64,000 nucleotides of DNA from Bythopirellula sp. (GCA_965216565.1 OZ244170.1:704001-768000); one strand, 5' to 3'. Counted from the first letter of the stretch, positions 49,764 through 60,485 are shown. A program made the numbers and translations. Notes: generated from the letters alone by a model not told the origin.

Positions 49764-51575
49764 CTAATTCTTATTCAACAGGGCTGCCATTTGGCCCTCG
49801 CTCAGTGGGTTAGCGGCCGTTTCGCGTTGATCGTGTTCTTTGGTCCATGCAGCTAACTGTTCAACCTGTAGATCGACCGACGGCTGCATGTATCGCAGGA
49901 CGCTAGTGGGATAGACCCCAAAAACAATGGCCAGTGTCAGCAGAGGCGTAGCAATCAGCAATTCACGCATGGTGATTGGTGTCAGCGCCTCGCCATGCGG
50001 GCCTCGATACTCGGCACCCAAGTAGACGCGCTGAATCGCCCATAAGATATAGCCGGCAGTTAGAATCACGACGGCCGCCGAAATGATCGCCAGCACGTAG
50101 CTGTACTTCCACACCGAAAGCACCACCAATACTTCGCCGATGAAGCCGCACAACCCAGGTAACCCCAGGCCGGCAAAGAATATGCCGACGGCCAAGCCAC
50201 TGTAAACCGGCATCTTGGAGAACAATCCTCCAAACTCGTCCAGGTTTCGATGATGCACTCGGTCGTACACCACGCCTACCATAAAGAACATGCCGGCGGA
50301 GCTGATGCCGTGGCCGATCATTTGGAACATGGCCCCGTTGACGCCCATCTGCCAATAGTAGGGATTGTAGTTGGTGTCGGCCATCGCACTCCACACACCA
50401 AAGCCAAGCACGACATAGCCCATATGGCTTACCGAGCTATAGGCAACCATGCGTTTAAAGTCTTTCTGTGCCAAGGCAGCGAAGGCTCCGTAAACCATGC
50501 TCAATACGCCGATAAAGCAAACGACGTACGCCAGGTCGTAACCTGCCTGCGGGCAGATGGGATAGCAAATGCGAATAATGCCGTAGCCACCCATTTTCAG
50601 AAGGATGCCGGCCAGGATCATGGAGATCGGTGTCGGAGCTTCGACATGGGCATCGGGAAGCCAGGTATGCAGCGGCACACTAGGTACCTTGATAATAAAG
50701 CCAATTCCTAGCAGCACGAACGCCCACCACTGCACGCTCTGGCCAAACAGCACTTCTCCATCGAACAGATCTGTGTGTTGCCCCATCTGCTGGAGTGCCA
50801 GAATATTAAATGTATGAAGCGGTTTGCGTTTGGTCGGATCGGGTTCGTCGCCGTTAGCCGCAAATTGTTGAGCTAGGGCATCGTCGGTCTCCAGCCAATC
50901 GTCGAGTGCTTGTTCAGCAGTCGTATCCTCAGCCGTGCTAATGATGCCCGCCATGGCAAGTTGCCCGGCATTGAGTTGGGTCAGATCGCTATTGAAGTAC
51001 AGCATCAATATCGCGATTAGCATCAACACACTACCGACTAGCGTGTAGAGGAAGAACTTGATCGCGGCGTATTCCTTACGCGGTCCACCCCAGACGCCAA
51101 TCAGGAAGTACATCGGCAACAACATCACTTCCCACAGGACGTAGAATAGGAAGAAGTCGAGCGCCATAAACACGCCCAGCATGCCTGTTTCCAGGAGCAG
51201 GAACAGAATGCAGTAGGCTTTCACATGCTTGCTAATCGGCCAACTCGCAGCCATTGCCAGCACACATAAGAAGGCGGTCAAGGCTACAAGCGGAAAGCTG
51301 ATGCCATCGAGACCCATGAAGTACTGGATGCCGAAAGAGGGGATCCACGATACGTGGAACATGTTCTGCATCTCGGCAACGCCGGCGTGGAAGTCAATGC
51401 CTACACCGATGCGCATGAGTCCTAACGAAAGCAGAAAAACCATGATCGTCACAGCTAGTGAGATCAGCTTGATCGCTTCGTCGGAAACTTTGGGGAGAAA
51501 CGCCAGCACCAACGCGGCTATTGCCGGTAGGAAAACTAGCAGACTCAAATAAACCACCGGTTCGCTGAGAGTCAT
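49764..51575 (-). CDS. nuoM: NADH-quinone oxidoreductase subunit M
   Basis: GLDGIS, AAIKFFLYT, HTWLPDAHVEAPT, LLKMGGYG, AYSSVSHMG. Confidence 0.95.
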   Translation of the reverse strand: MTLSEPVVYLSLLVFLPAIAALVLAFLPKVSDEAIKLISLAVTIMVFLLSLGLMRIGVGIDFHAGVAEMQNMFHVSWIPSFGIQYFMGLDGISFPLVALTAFLCVLAMAASWPISKHVKAYCILFLLLETGMLGVFMALDFFLFYVLWEVMLLPMYFLIGVWGGPRKEYAAIKFFLYTLVGSVLMLIAILMLYFNSDLTQLNAGQLAMAGIISTAEDTTAEQALDDWLETDDALAQQFAANGDEPDPTKRKPLHTFNILALQQMGQHTDLFDGEVLFGQSVQWWAFVLLGIGFIIKVPSVPLHTWLPDAHVEAPTPISMILAGILLKMGGYGIIRICYPICPQAGYDLAYVVCFIGVLSMVYGAFAALAQKDFKRMVAYSSVSHMGYVVLGFGVWSAMADTNYNPYYWQMGVNGAMFQMIGHGISSAGMFFMVGVVYDRVHHRNLDEFGGLFSKMPVYSGLAVGIFFAGLGLPGLCGFIGEVLVVLSVWKYSYVLAIISAAVVILTAGYILWAIQRVYLGAEYRGPHGEALTPITMRELLIATPLLTLAIVFGVYPTSVLRYMQPSVDLQVEQLAAWTKEHDQRETAANPLSEGQMAALLNKN

Positions 51576-51647
51576 AATTACGCCGTTATCTTTCTAGTTG
51601 AATAATTTGCACGTTGATCCCCTGCCGGAGGGAAAGGCCATTTTTCG

Positions 51648-54161
51648 CTAACCCGCCGGGAGGTATCCCTTCAATACGCCGACAGCAACGAACAACACGA
51701 CTGTGCCTACCACGATAAACATCACGTATTGTCGTAAACTTCCTGTCTGAATCTTGCGGAGCCACAGCCCCAAGTCCCAAGTGCCACGGGCAAATCCGTT
51801 GACAGAACCGTCAACCACCGTGCGGTCCAAAAGCACGTCGACAACCTGGGAAACACCCCGACAAGTGGCAGCCGAGCCGTGCAATATCGAATCGATTACC
51901 CCGCGATCGAACTTAGAAATCAAGTTTGATACGAGCATCGTGGGTTTCACAAAGATGATTTCATAGAGTTCATCAAACCACCATTTGTTCCAGAGCGCGC
52001 TGTGCACTGGCTTGAAGCTCTGCTTCAGCTCTTGCGCGTTTAACAATTTCCACAAGTAAATAATCGCCGCGAGTAGCACACCCGAAAGTGCCGTGCCGAA
52101 AGCAAATAGCCCGGCGGGAACCCTGAATTCGGGATTGTGGCTATCAGGCTCACTGGGAATCGTCAGGTCCGTGAGTATGACGCCTTCCGTCGTGGCCAGG
52201 GTGCCGACAGGCCGAGCCTGACTTAGCAAGTTGATGACGTCGAGGTTCGTGCCAGGCAGAGTCCAGCCGACGCCGATCGCAAACACGGCGAGCAACAGCA
52301 GCGGGCCGGTCATGATACTAGGCGATTCGTGGGCATGATCGAAGCGGTGCTTATCGCGGGGCTCGCCGGCAAAGGTCATGAACCACAATCGGAACATATA
52401 GAACGCCGTGATAAAAGCACCCGCCACGGGAGCCCATTGCAAAATGATGTGCTTCGGATTGGAGCTACCAAAGCTAAACGCTTGTTCGATAATTGCGTCC
52501 TTCGAGTAATAACCGCTGAAACCGATCGTGGTCAGAGGGATCCCTGCACCAATAATGGCAAGACAGCCTACAAGCATCGTGTAAGCAGTGATGGGCATCT
52601 TCTTCCGCAATCCGCCCATCTCAGTCATCTCGTTTGTGTGCACCGCATGGATTACGGAGCCACTGCAGAGGAATAATAAGCTCTTGAAAAAAGCGTGAGT
52701 AATCAAATGGAACATACCAGCTACCCAGCCACCCAGGCCGAGCGACAGCATCATGTAGCCTAACTGGCTAACCGTCGAATAAGCCAACACACGCTTAATG
52801 TCGGTGGCCGTGATGGCAATGGTCGCTGCGATCAGCAGCGTAATACAGCCAATGTAGGCGATTACCAGCAGGGCCTCGGGCGAAAAGGCCGGGTAGAATC
52901 GTCCCACGAGATAGACGCCTGCCGCCACCATCGTTGCCGAGTGGACCAAAGCGGAAACGGGCGTGGGCCCTTCCATCGCGTCCGGCAACCACACATGTAG
53001 CGGAAATTGGGCACTCTTGCCGACGCAGCCGCAAAAGATACCGACGCCAGCGATCAGCAGGAGCCATTGGCCGGCAGTGTTTTTCTCATTGGCATCGTCC
53101 GCAGGAGCAACCTCACCGAGTTCCTCATCAGTGGCGAGTTCTGGACCGGTGGCCATTCGAGCTTCTTCTTCGACCATGCTTTGCGTAGGCTCGAGATGGT
53201 ATTCGTTCTCTTCGGTTCGCAGCTGGCTAAAGATGCCGGGTGATGTGTTGCCCTCGGCATCGACTGAATCTCCAAAGGAGAAAGTTCCCAGGCTCGACCA
53301 TAAGGCCATCATGCCAATGAGCATGCCAAAGTCGCCAACGCGGTTGACGATAAACGCTTTGTTGGCTGCGGTCGAAGCAGAATGCCGCTCAATGTAAAAG
53401 CCAATTAGGAAGTATGAGCAGATGCCTACCAGTTCCCAGAACACGAAGACCATTGCTACGTTGCCGGCAATCACAATGCCAAACATGCTGAAGCAGAACA
53501 GCGAAAGGTACTGGAAGAACCGATGGTAACGACCAGCTCGATGCAGTTTCTCGCCGTTGGAAAGCGTGACTTCCGAATCGGTGAAGTCGTGCAGCTCGTC
53601 GTGCATGTAGCCCATCGCATAGAAATGCACGCACGATGCAATTAGCGAAACCATGCAGAACATGCCGACCGTCAGTGCATCAATGTAGTAGCTCAGCGTT
53701 AGCTTTAGATCGCCAAATTCCGCCAGGGTATACATCTCGCCGGAAACGGCTGCGGGCGGCGGATTATTGGCGTGGTGCTCGTCGCCTTCGTGTTCACCCC
53801 CGTGTCCCGAATCCTCGGCAATAAGGGTCGTGCTTGCAGCCAACTTAAATGGGGACTTGGCTACGACAGCTTGGTTCTCACCTTCGTGCTCCACAGACTC
53901 TTCATGGCCATCTCCATGGTGCGAGGCATCTGCGAGTGGATGGGCTGGCAACCAAACTGCGAATAGGGCAAAGAAACTCAGTGCCACCGAGGTCACGATC
54001 GCACCAGTGGCCACGTAAGCACCTAAAGTGCTTGTCGTATACGACGCGCGCTTGCCTGCCATCTGTGGCAAGCTATAGCCCACCCAGATAATGCAGAACG
54101 ACGCCAACGGCACAAGCCAGGCGGCACCCAAGAGCAACGGCAAATAGAATTCGGGATCCAT
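51648..54161 (-). CDS. nuoL: NADH-quinone oxidoreductase subunit L
   Basis: KAFIVNRVGD, GKSAQFPLHVWLPDAMEGPTPVSALVHSATMV, THAFFKSLLFL. Confidence 0.96.
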   Translation of the reverse strand: MDPEFYLPLLLGAAWLVPLASFCIIWVGYSLPQMAGKRASYTTSTLGAYVATGAIVTSVALSFFALFAVWLPAHPLADASHHGDGHEESVEHEGENQAVVAKSPFKLAASTTLIAEDSGHGGEHEGDEHHANNPPPAAVSGEMYTLAEFGDLKLTLSYYIDALTVGMFCMVSLIASCVHFYAMGYMHDELHDFTDSEVTLSNGEKLHRAGRYHRFFQYLSLFCFSMFGIVIAGNVAMVFVFWELVGICSYFLIGFYIERHSASTAANKAFIVNRVGDFGMLIGMMALWSSLGTFSFGDSVDAEGNTSPGIFSQLRTEENEYHLEPTQSMVEEEARMATGPELATDEELGEVAPADDANEKNTAGQWLLLIAGVGIFCGCVGKSAQFPLHVWLPDAMEGPTPVSALVHSATMVAAGVYLVGRFYPAFSPEALLVIAYIGCITLLIAATIAITATDIKRVLAYSTVSQLGYMMLSLGLGGWVAGMFHLITHAFFKSLLFLCSGSVIHAVHTNEMTEMGGLRKKMPITAYTMLVGCLAIIGAGIPLTTIGFSGYYSKDAIIEQAFSFGSSNPKHIILQWAPVAGAFITAFYMFRLWFMTFAGEPRDKHRFDHAHESPSIMTGPLLLLAVFAIGVGWTLPGTNLDVINLLSQARPVGTLATTEGVILTDLTIPSEPDSHNPEFRVPAGLFAFGTALSGVLLAAIIYLWKLLNAQELKQSFKPVHSALWNKWWFDELYEIIFVKPTMLVSNLISKFDRGVIDSILHGSAATCRGVSQVVDVLLDRTVVDGSVNGFARGTWDLGLWLRKIQTGSLRQYVMFIVVGTVVLFVAVGVLKGYLPAG

Positions 54162-54173
54162 CTTCGTGGAAGC

Positions 54174-54533
54174 TTATCCTTGCAATTGATCGGCGCGGTC
54201 GACGTCGATCGAGTCGTAGTTGTTATAAAAATTCAATGCGATTGCCAAAGCGACTGCAGCCTCCGCTGCGGCAAGCACAATCACAAACAACGCAATCAGT
54301 TGGCCATCGAGACCCAGCGAGTAAGCATCATTCCGCAACCAGGGACTGCCAAAGGCAATGAAATTCAAATTGGCCCCGTTCAGAACTAGCTCGATGCCCA
54401 TCAGGATGCCGAGTGCGTTTCGCTTAGTGGCCATGCATAGCACACCACAAACGAACATGATGGCACCAACAGCCATATAGTGGGCGACGCCCACGGGTTC
54501 GGTTAGCAAATTGGCAAGTGGAAGTAGGTGCAT
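54174..54533 (-). CDS. nuoK: NADH-quinone oxidoreductase subunit K
   Basis: LMGIELVLNGANLN, AAAEAAVALA. Confidence 0.95.
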   Translation of the reverse strand: MHLLPLANLLTEPVGVAHYMAVGAIMFVCGVLCMATKRNALGILMGIELVLNGANLNFIAFGSPWLRNDAYSLGLDGQLIALFVIVLAAAEAAVALAIALNFYNNYDSIDVDRADQLQG

Positions 54534-54538
54534 GAATA

Positions 54539-55147
54539 CTAAGTCGATGATGTCGGAGGATTGATTTGTTTTGTTTTACGCTTTGCTCGAGCCAAGTAAG
54601 CAGCGCCTACGAGCACCACCAGTAGGTGGACCGAGACGATTTCGAACGGCAGCAGGTAGCCTGAAAGCCCGTCTTGCACGGCATCTTCGCCCAATTTGTC
54701 CACACGAGCACCTACTAAGGCCATGCCCAAAGGTGTTGCGGTCTGGGGCGACGCGATGGCTTCTGCCTCAGCACGTTCGATTCCACGCCATTCGGGCACG
54801 CTGAACGCGGTATAGATCAATATCACTAGCAATGCCCCGCCAGCCATAAAAGCCCATACCCAATCACCAGCCCAGGTTTTCATTTCCACGAAACGTTCTT
54901 GGGAAGTGAGCATCACACCAAAAATCAGCAGAACTAGTGTTCCGCCGACGTAGATCATTAACTGCATGGCTCCAACAAAATCCGCGCCGGCTAAGAAAAA
55001 CAGCGCCGATGTCGATGCCAAGGACATCACCAGATAGAAGGCCATGCGAACGATGTTCTGCGATACCAACACGGCCACAGCAAACACGCAGGCCAGTCCG
55101 CTAAAGAACAGGAAAAAGAACGATGGCCAATAGATCCCAGATTCCAT
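54539..55147 (-). CDS. nuoJ: NADH-quinone oxidoreductase subunit J
   Basis: QLMIYVGGTLVLLIFGVML, YLLPFEIVS. Confidence 0.95.
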   Translation of the reverse strand: MESGIYWPSFFFLFFSGLACVFAVAVLVSQNIVRMAFYLVMSLASTSALFFLAGADFVGAMQLMIYVGGTLVLLIFGVMLTSQERFVEMKTWAGDWVWAFMAGGALLVILIYTAFSVPEWRGIERAEAEAIASPQTATPLGMALVGARVDKLGEDAVQDGLSGYLLPFEIVSVHLLVVLVGAAYLARAKRKTKQINPPTSST

Positions 55148-55149
55148 GA

Positions 55150-56409
55150 CTAAATAGCCTCCTGGGATAAAGTTCGGACGGCGAGCGTTCCATCATCGAC
55201 GGCGGGAGCCAAATCTTCGTCAGAACTCCAGCCTTCGCGCAGTTCATGGACTGCTTCGGGGACGGGGGTGAATCCGAAGAAATTTCTATCTGGCAGTTGA
55301 AAGTGCCAGTAGGTAGCGCCGAGGAACATTGCCGCGGCGATTGGTGTGCAGTATTTCAAACAAGTAGCCATCACCTGGTCAATTCGTAACCGGGGCAGCG
55401 TCCAACGAATCCAGATCATCACGCATACGCCGACCACGCCCTTGAATAGCACGTTGCAGACGCCTAGCAATTGACCTAAATACCAAGCCAAGTCGCCATT
55501 TTCAGCCGTCAGCCCCAACATAGTTGCCACCGGAATCGGTCCGTGCCAGCCACCCAGGAAGAGAATGGATGCCAAGATACTTACTAAGAGCATCGAACCA
55601 TACTCGGCCATGAAGAAAAAGCTCCATCGCAAACCAGAGTATTCTGTATGGAAACCAGCAACCAATTCGCTTTCGGCCTCGGCCAGATCGAAAGGAGCAC
55701 GATTCACACTGGCTGTCGCACAGGTGAAGTACACCCAAAAGGTGATGAAGGTGAAAGGATCGTGGAACACCAGCCAATTCGTGAACCACCCAGCTTGGCG
55801 ATCGCCAATGACCACCATGTCCATCGATCCAGCGATCAGCACCGGAACAACAACGCACATCCCTAGGGGCACTTCGTAGCTAACCACTTGGGCCGCTTCT
55901 CGCATTGCTCCGAACAGCGACCATTTGGACGCTGAAGAATAGCCAGCGAGTATCACGCCAAACACTTCCAGGCCCAAGACAGCGAGTACAAAGAAAACAC
56001 CGGCGTTGACGTGCAGTGCAATAAATGGGTACTCACCGCCAGCAAACGGAATAGCAATGAACGCCGAAATGGAGGCGGCAAAACTCACGTAGGGTGCAAT
56101 CTTAAAGAGAAAACCATCGGCCCCCTCGGGCATCAAGTCTTCTTTGGTCAGTAGTTTTAAGCCGTCCGCCAAGGTTTGCAGCCAGCCGAACTTGCCGCCT
56201 ACACGGGTTGGACCCAAGCGATCCTGAATTCGGCCAGAGATTTTGCGTTCCAGCCAGATGAAGACCAGAGCACTAACGGCTACTAGATTGAGGATCAATC
56301 CAATGTGAATGAGTGGAGCAATGAGATAGCCTGCCCACGCATCGTGCGCAACAGAAGAGCCCACCCAAGAGAGCAGCCAATTTAAGACATCATTAATAAG
56401 GCCAGCCAC
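55150..56409 (-). CDS. nuoH: NADH-quinone oxidoreductase subunit H
   Basis: ERKISGRIQDRLGP, QTLADGLKL, SYEVP, RAPFDLAEAESELVAGFHTEYSG. Confidence 0.96.
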   Translation of the reverse strand: MAGLINDVLNWLLSWVGSSVAHDAWAGYLIAPLIHIGLILNLVAVSALVFIWLERKISGRIQDRLGPTRVGGKFGWLQTLADGLKLLTKEDLMPEGADGFLFKIAPYVSFAASISAFIAIPFAGGEYPFIALHVNAGVFFVLAVLGLEVFGVILAGYSSASKWSLFGAMREAAQVVSYEVPLGMCVVVPVLIAGSMDMVVIGDRQAGWFTNWLVFHDPFTFITFWVYFTCATASVNRAPFDLAEAESELVAGFHTEYSGLRWSFFFMAEYGSMLLVSILASILFLGGWHGPIPVATMLGLTAENGDLAWYLGQLLGVCNVLFKGVVGVCVMIWIRWTLPRLRIDQVMATCLKYCTPIAAAMFLGATYWHFQLPDRNFFGFTPVPEAVHELREGWSSDEDLAPAVDDGTLAVRTLSQEAI

Positions 56410-56530
56410 GAAGTTACTTCCCTGATTTTCTCTTCAAGCGTTCGAGCAAGTTATCTGCGGAAATGATAGCTGTCACTACAAAACCTTTGCCTAACACCAT
56501 TTACACTTAACGTGTGCGACAGACCAAAAG

Positions 56531-56550
56531 ATTGTGAAATATGGCACAAT
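56531..56550. promoter_or_regulatory. Rex/CRP-like palindrome between nuoD and nuoH
   Basis: ATTGTG-AAATATGG-CACAAT (TTGTG-N8-CACAA). Confidence 0.45.
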
Positions 56551-56603
56551 CACCTGCGAAGCGACAAGCCCCTGCAGCGGAAATAGGGAGAAATAAGCAT
56601 GAC

Positions 56604-57809
56604 TTACCGGTCGATCTCACCCATCACAATGTCGAGCGAGCCCACAACGGCCGGAACGTCAGCGATCAGGCAATCTCGGCATAAGTCGGAGACTACGCAA
56701 AGATTGCTGAAGCAACTGCTACGAGCCCGGGCTCGCCAGGGAATCGCGCTGCCATCGCTCACCAGGTAAAAGCCCATTTGGCCGCGCGGAGCTTCGGTCT
56801 CTAGGTAAACCTCTCCAGCAGGCAACTTCGCATTGAGCTTCACGGGTTCCCCGTAGCCATCCGTCGCCGTGCTGTAGCGATCCATGGCCTGACGAACCAG
56901 ATCGATGGATTGCATCACTTCCAGCATTCGCACATAGAACCGATGCCAACAGTCGCCTAGCACCGCTTCGTGGGGGACCGCAGGGTAGTTGTGATCGTCG
57001 GGATAATGGCCGTTGCGTTCGGTAATGACTTCGAAGGCATAACCATCGTACATGGCCGTGTAAATCTCTTCGCCGTCGCGACGCAAATCGTGGTCGACGC
57101 CACTTCCGCGAAGGACTGGCCCGCTGGTGCCAAAATCGATTGCCATTTCCGGTGACATGATGCCAATGGATGCCGTACGTTTTACGAAAATGGAGTTCGT
57201 GGTCAACAACGTGTGATATTCGGTGATAATCGGCAGCAACTCATCGAGAAACTTCTCGCATTTAGCAAGCCACCCTGGAGGCAGATCGGCAGTGGCTCCT
57301 CCGACGGTTAGGTAACTGTAAGTCAACCGAGCGCCACAAGCTTCCTCGAACAGGTCAAGAATTTTCTCACGTTCGCGAAAGGCATACAGGAAGGGGCTGA
57401 ACGAGCCAAGATCGAGGCCGTAAGTACCCATGCCAACTAAGTGGCTGGCAATACGTCCCATCTCTGAAATAATAACTCGCAGGTGACGCCCCTTCTCAGG
57501 CGGCTCGTATTTCATGAGCTTTTCGACGCACAGAGCCCAGCCCAAATTCATATTCATTGCCGCCAGATAATCCATCCGGTCGGTGTATGGAATCCATTGC
57601 CGAGGAGTGAGATTCTCACCAATTTTCTCAGCACATCGGTGCAGATAACCAATGTGAGGCGTAACTTCAGAAACAACTTCGCCATCGGTCCGCAACACCA
57701 ACCGCAGCACACCGTGCGTACTGGGATGCTGTGGGCCCATGTTTACCAACATTTCGTCGGTGCGAACGTCAAACTCGATTTCGCGAGGATCATCAACTGT
57801 CATCGACAT
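56604..57809 (-). CDS. nuoD: NADH-quinone oxidoreductase subunit D
   Basis: NMGPQHPSTHGVLRL, GYLHR, DRMDY, RIASHL, DIVMGEIDR; no NiFe CxxC motifs. Confidence 0.96.
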   Translation of the reverse strand: MSMTVDDPREIEFDVRTDEMLVNMGPQHPSTHGVLRLVLRTDGEVVSEVTPHIGYLHRCAEKIGENLTPRQWIPYTDRMDYLAAMNMNLGWALCVEKLMKYEPPEKGRHLRVIISEMGRIASHLVGMGTYGLDLGSFSPFLYAFREREKILDLFEEACGARLTYSYLTVGGATADLPPGWLAKCEKFLDELLPIITEYHTLLTTNSIFVKRTASIGIMSPEMAIDFGTSGPVLRGSGVDHDLRRDGEEIYTAMYDGYAFEVITERNGHYPDDHNYPAVPHEAVLGDCWHRFYVRMLEVMQSIDLVRQAMDRYSTATDGYGEPVKLNAKLPAGEVYLETEAPRGQMGFYLVSDGSAIPWRARARSSCFSNLCVVSDLCRDCLIADVPAVVGSLDIVMGEIDR

Positions 57810-57811
57810 CG

Positions 57812-58342
57812 CTATCTTCCCCTAATTCCGTGATAATCCAACGGCATCTCGTAATCTCTGCGGAGCGGATAGCCAACCCAATCTTCCGGGCAAAGGATGC
57901 GTCGTAGGTTTGGATGATCGGTGAAGGCCACCCCAAACAAGTCATATACCTCCCGCTCGTGCCAATCGGCAGTACGCCAAACTGAGGCTACTGACGGTAC
58001 TTCGGGAAGTGAATTCACCTCATCGTCTTTCCACCTTGGCAGCAACACTTTAAGCACCAAGCTGTGCTTATGCTGCATACTGAACATGTGGTAGACGATC
58101 TCTAGGTGGGGCTCCCAGTCGACCTTGGCAGCTTTTTTTTCGTCCGTGTGAAGATAATCAACACCCGAAATCGAATTGAGATAATCAAAAGCCAAGCTCG
58201 GTTCATCCTTCAGGTGCGTACACACCTCAATCAAACCATCCGGAGCCACTTCGATCCAAGGATCGATGTTCTCCAGATTCGAACTGGTGATCTTGTCGCC
58301 GAACTTCTGTTTCAGCTGGTCGACAAAAGACTGTCCACTCAT
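57812..58342 (-). CDS. nuoC: NADH-quinone oxidoreductase subunit C
   Basis: ADWHEREVYDLFG..F..HPNLRRIL....W.GYPLRRDY. Confidence 0.96.
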   Translation of the reverse strand: MSGQSFVDQLKQKFGDKITSSNLENIDPWIEVAPDGLIEVCTHLKDEPSLAFDYLNSISGVDYLHTDEKKAAKVDWEPHLEIVYHMFSMQHKHSLVLKVLLPRWKDDEVNSLPEVPSVASVWRTADWHEREVYDLFGVAFTDHPNLRRILCPEDWVGYPLRRDYEMPLDYHGIRGR

Positions 58343-58381
58343 AGAGGAATCAAGGGTAGGGGGGTGAAGTATTGGTAAATG

Positions 58382-59059
58382 TTAAGCCGACAAAATGGAG
58401 CCCGCTGCTCGTGGTCGATCAATGACTGTAGTGGGTGGTGCGCGTTCAACCACGCCACCTTGCTGACTATTAATCGCCCGAACCCAATCAAGATCGCCTC
58501 GCCGCCAGACATAGGCGAAGCCAACCATCAGCACGGCAAAAAATACGGCGATATCTGCAAACGAAGTCAGGGCCACCTTGCGCGATGTGTCTCTTAATGC
58601 CGCTTCAGCAGCAGCCACCGAACCGGCCGCTACACCTAGCTCTTCCAGCTTTTCCGCAGAGAGCGAAGGAGCCGTGCCATCCCTCACGCCTAGCTCAAGC
58701 AAACGCTCTTTGGCTAGCGGTGAGTAAGCGGGTTGGCCATCTTCCAGCTCGGCGGAAACGACAGGCAGGTTGTCTGAGGTTAAAGCAACCGACTTGCCAA
58801 AAACCGTGGCCCAGGGAAAGAAGAATGCTACCTCGACGTCAAAAATGATGAAGAGCAGAGCCACCACATAAAAACGCAAGTCGAATTGCACAAAGCTCGA
58901 GCCGATTACTGGCTCGCCGCATTCGTACACTTCAAGCTTCTCTTTGTTTGGCAGCTTCGGCCTGACAAACTTACCCACTAGCAAGTTGACGAACAGAAAA
59001 GCGATCGCCACGCCCGCAAACAGAGCCAAATAAGCGACAATTGCAGTTGGTGTTGCCAT
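58382..59059 (-). CDS. nuoA: NADH-quinone oxidoreductase subunit A (long loop insertion)
   Basis: YECGE, RFYVVALLFIIFDVEVAFFFPW, WRRGDLDW. Confidence 0.94.
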   Translation of the reverse strand: MATPTAIVAYLALFAGVAIAFLFVNLLVGKFVRPKLPNKEKLEVYECGEPVIGSSFVQFDLRFYVVALLFIIFDVEVAFFFPWATVFGKSVALTSDNLPVVSAELEDGQPAYSPLAKERLLELGVRDGTAPSLSAEKLEELGVAAGSVAAAEAALRDTSRKVALTSFADIAVFFAVLMVGFAYVWRRGDLDWVRAINSQQGGVVERAPPTTVIDRPRAAGSILSA

Positions 59060-59124
59060 GTTTTCGATACTTTAGATAGTTTCAGCGGGCCGACGGGTCG
59101 CCGTTGTTGGCTATTGGTAGTTGG

Positions 59125-59673
59125 CTATTGATTGGGTCCGCCATGGACCGGTTCTGTAATGACTTTTGATTGAGCGACCGCCGTCGGATTGAGTGAGGCA
59201 CGGCCCCACGCCACGTCGAGGGGAAGTCGAGAGAAATCGACGATCGAGCCATCGCGGCTGTAACAACTCAAATCGTGCGTGGCGCCCATGAAAATGCAAT
59301 CTACGGGGCAGGGCTCGACACAAAGGGCGCAGAACATGCACTTCGTATAGTCGATCGTGTAGCCCGTGATCTTGAAACCTTTGCTACCCTCAACCCGTTC
59401 TTTGCCAATGTAAATACAATCTACGGGGCAAGCTTTTGCGCACTGATCGCAAGAGATACAAGTGGTTAAGTCAAAGCGATGGAAGCCACGGTAGCGAGCA
59501 GCCACGGGTACCGGCAACTCTGGATACTCGAAGTGTTCGGTAAACGTCTTGCGTTCCGGTTGATACGTTTTCATCCAGGTTCGCAGCGTAATCCACATAC
59601 CGTTTGTCACGGTGTAGATGGCATCAAAAATGTTGCCTAACCATGGGAAGACTCTCTTGAGCCAAGCAATCAT
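59125..59673 (-). CDS. nuoI: NADH-quinone oxidoreductase subunit I
   Basis: RYRGFH; two CxxCxxCxxxCP motifs. Confidence 0.92.
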   Translation of the reverse strand: MIAWLKRVFPWLGNIFDAIYTVTNGMWITLRTWMKTYQPERKTFTEHFEYPELPVPVAARYRGFHRFDLTTCISCDQCAKACPVDCIYIGKERVEGSKGFKITGYTIDYTKCMFCALCVEPCPVDCIFMGATHDLSCYSRDGSIVDFSRLPLDVAWGRASLNPTAVAQSKVITEPVHGGPNQ

Positions 59674-60485
59674 TGGTATCGAAATCCTTATCCTTCGAAG
59701 AATGATCGAAGGGACTCTGCGGCGGAATTATTGTAATCGGGTTTTCAAGCTGCAACTCTGGCGAGTGGGCCCACGCTTTTAGCTGCGGAGACTCTACTGA
59801 ATTGCCAGCAACGCTTTCTGCTCTTCACAATCCAGTGGATTATATGTTGCCCGCTTTTGCTCGCAACCACTGTTGTGGATTTAACTCAAAGTGGGGAGAG
59901 AACTTCCAAGCATTCTACGAACCGTGAGCTGGGCGATTCAGCAATCCTTGGTCGGTGCAATCGGAGAGAGGAGATATACCCCCCCCGATCCTTCTGATTG
60001 GGGGACCTCCGTCTCGCAACTCAAGTGACTCGCGAAGCCGCCTAGTTTTGCGGTTGCCATGAAGTTCTGTACCACCCTGCTTAGGGGGTCGCCAGATTCT
60101 CTTGTTGAGGCTGAAATTGAACCAGCTCTAGGTATTAGTGTCTAGGCTGTAAGTTGTTGATGCATCATGTGTTAGATGGCAATTCATGAGCGAGGGTATC
60201 GGCGTTTAGAAGAACTTGGTGGAACAGGCAAAATGGGTCCGAAAAGACTAATATCGCGTCAAAACGGGCCTAGTCGCCTAAAAAAGGCCCATCTCCCTAG
60301 CATCTTTGCTTGACTATAGTCAATCACCACGTAGAGTGGATTGAAGGGACACATCGTGTGCGCCCTGGCCTACCTATCTTTCTTGCTGAAAACGGCTTAC
60401 GAAGAGAAGGACGGGCGAGCCTGGATTGGACGCCGACGCGGCCAGTGAAGTGCTGCCGGCTAATGCTGACGAAGGAATCGATTTC

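Noticed and set aside
56604..57809. Group 4 NiFe hydrogenase large subunit
   Set aside because: Lacks both CxxC Ni-binding motifs and has NuoD signatures.
59674..60485. CsrB/RsmZ-like sRNA or nuoB remnant in the long intergenic region
   Set aside because: GGA motifs are scattered and not in repeated hairpins; no NuoB-like peptide was noticed.
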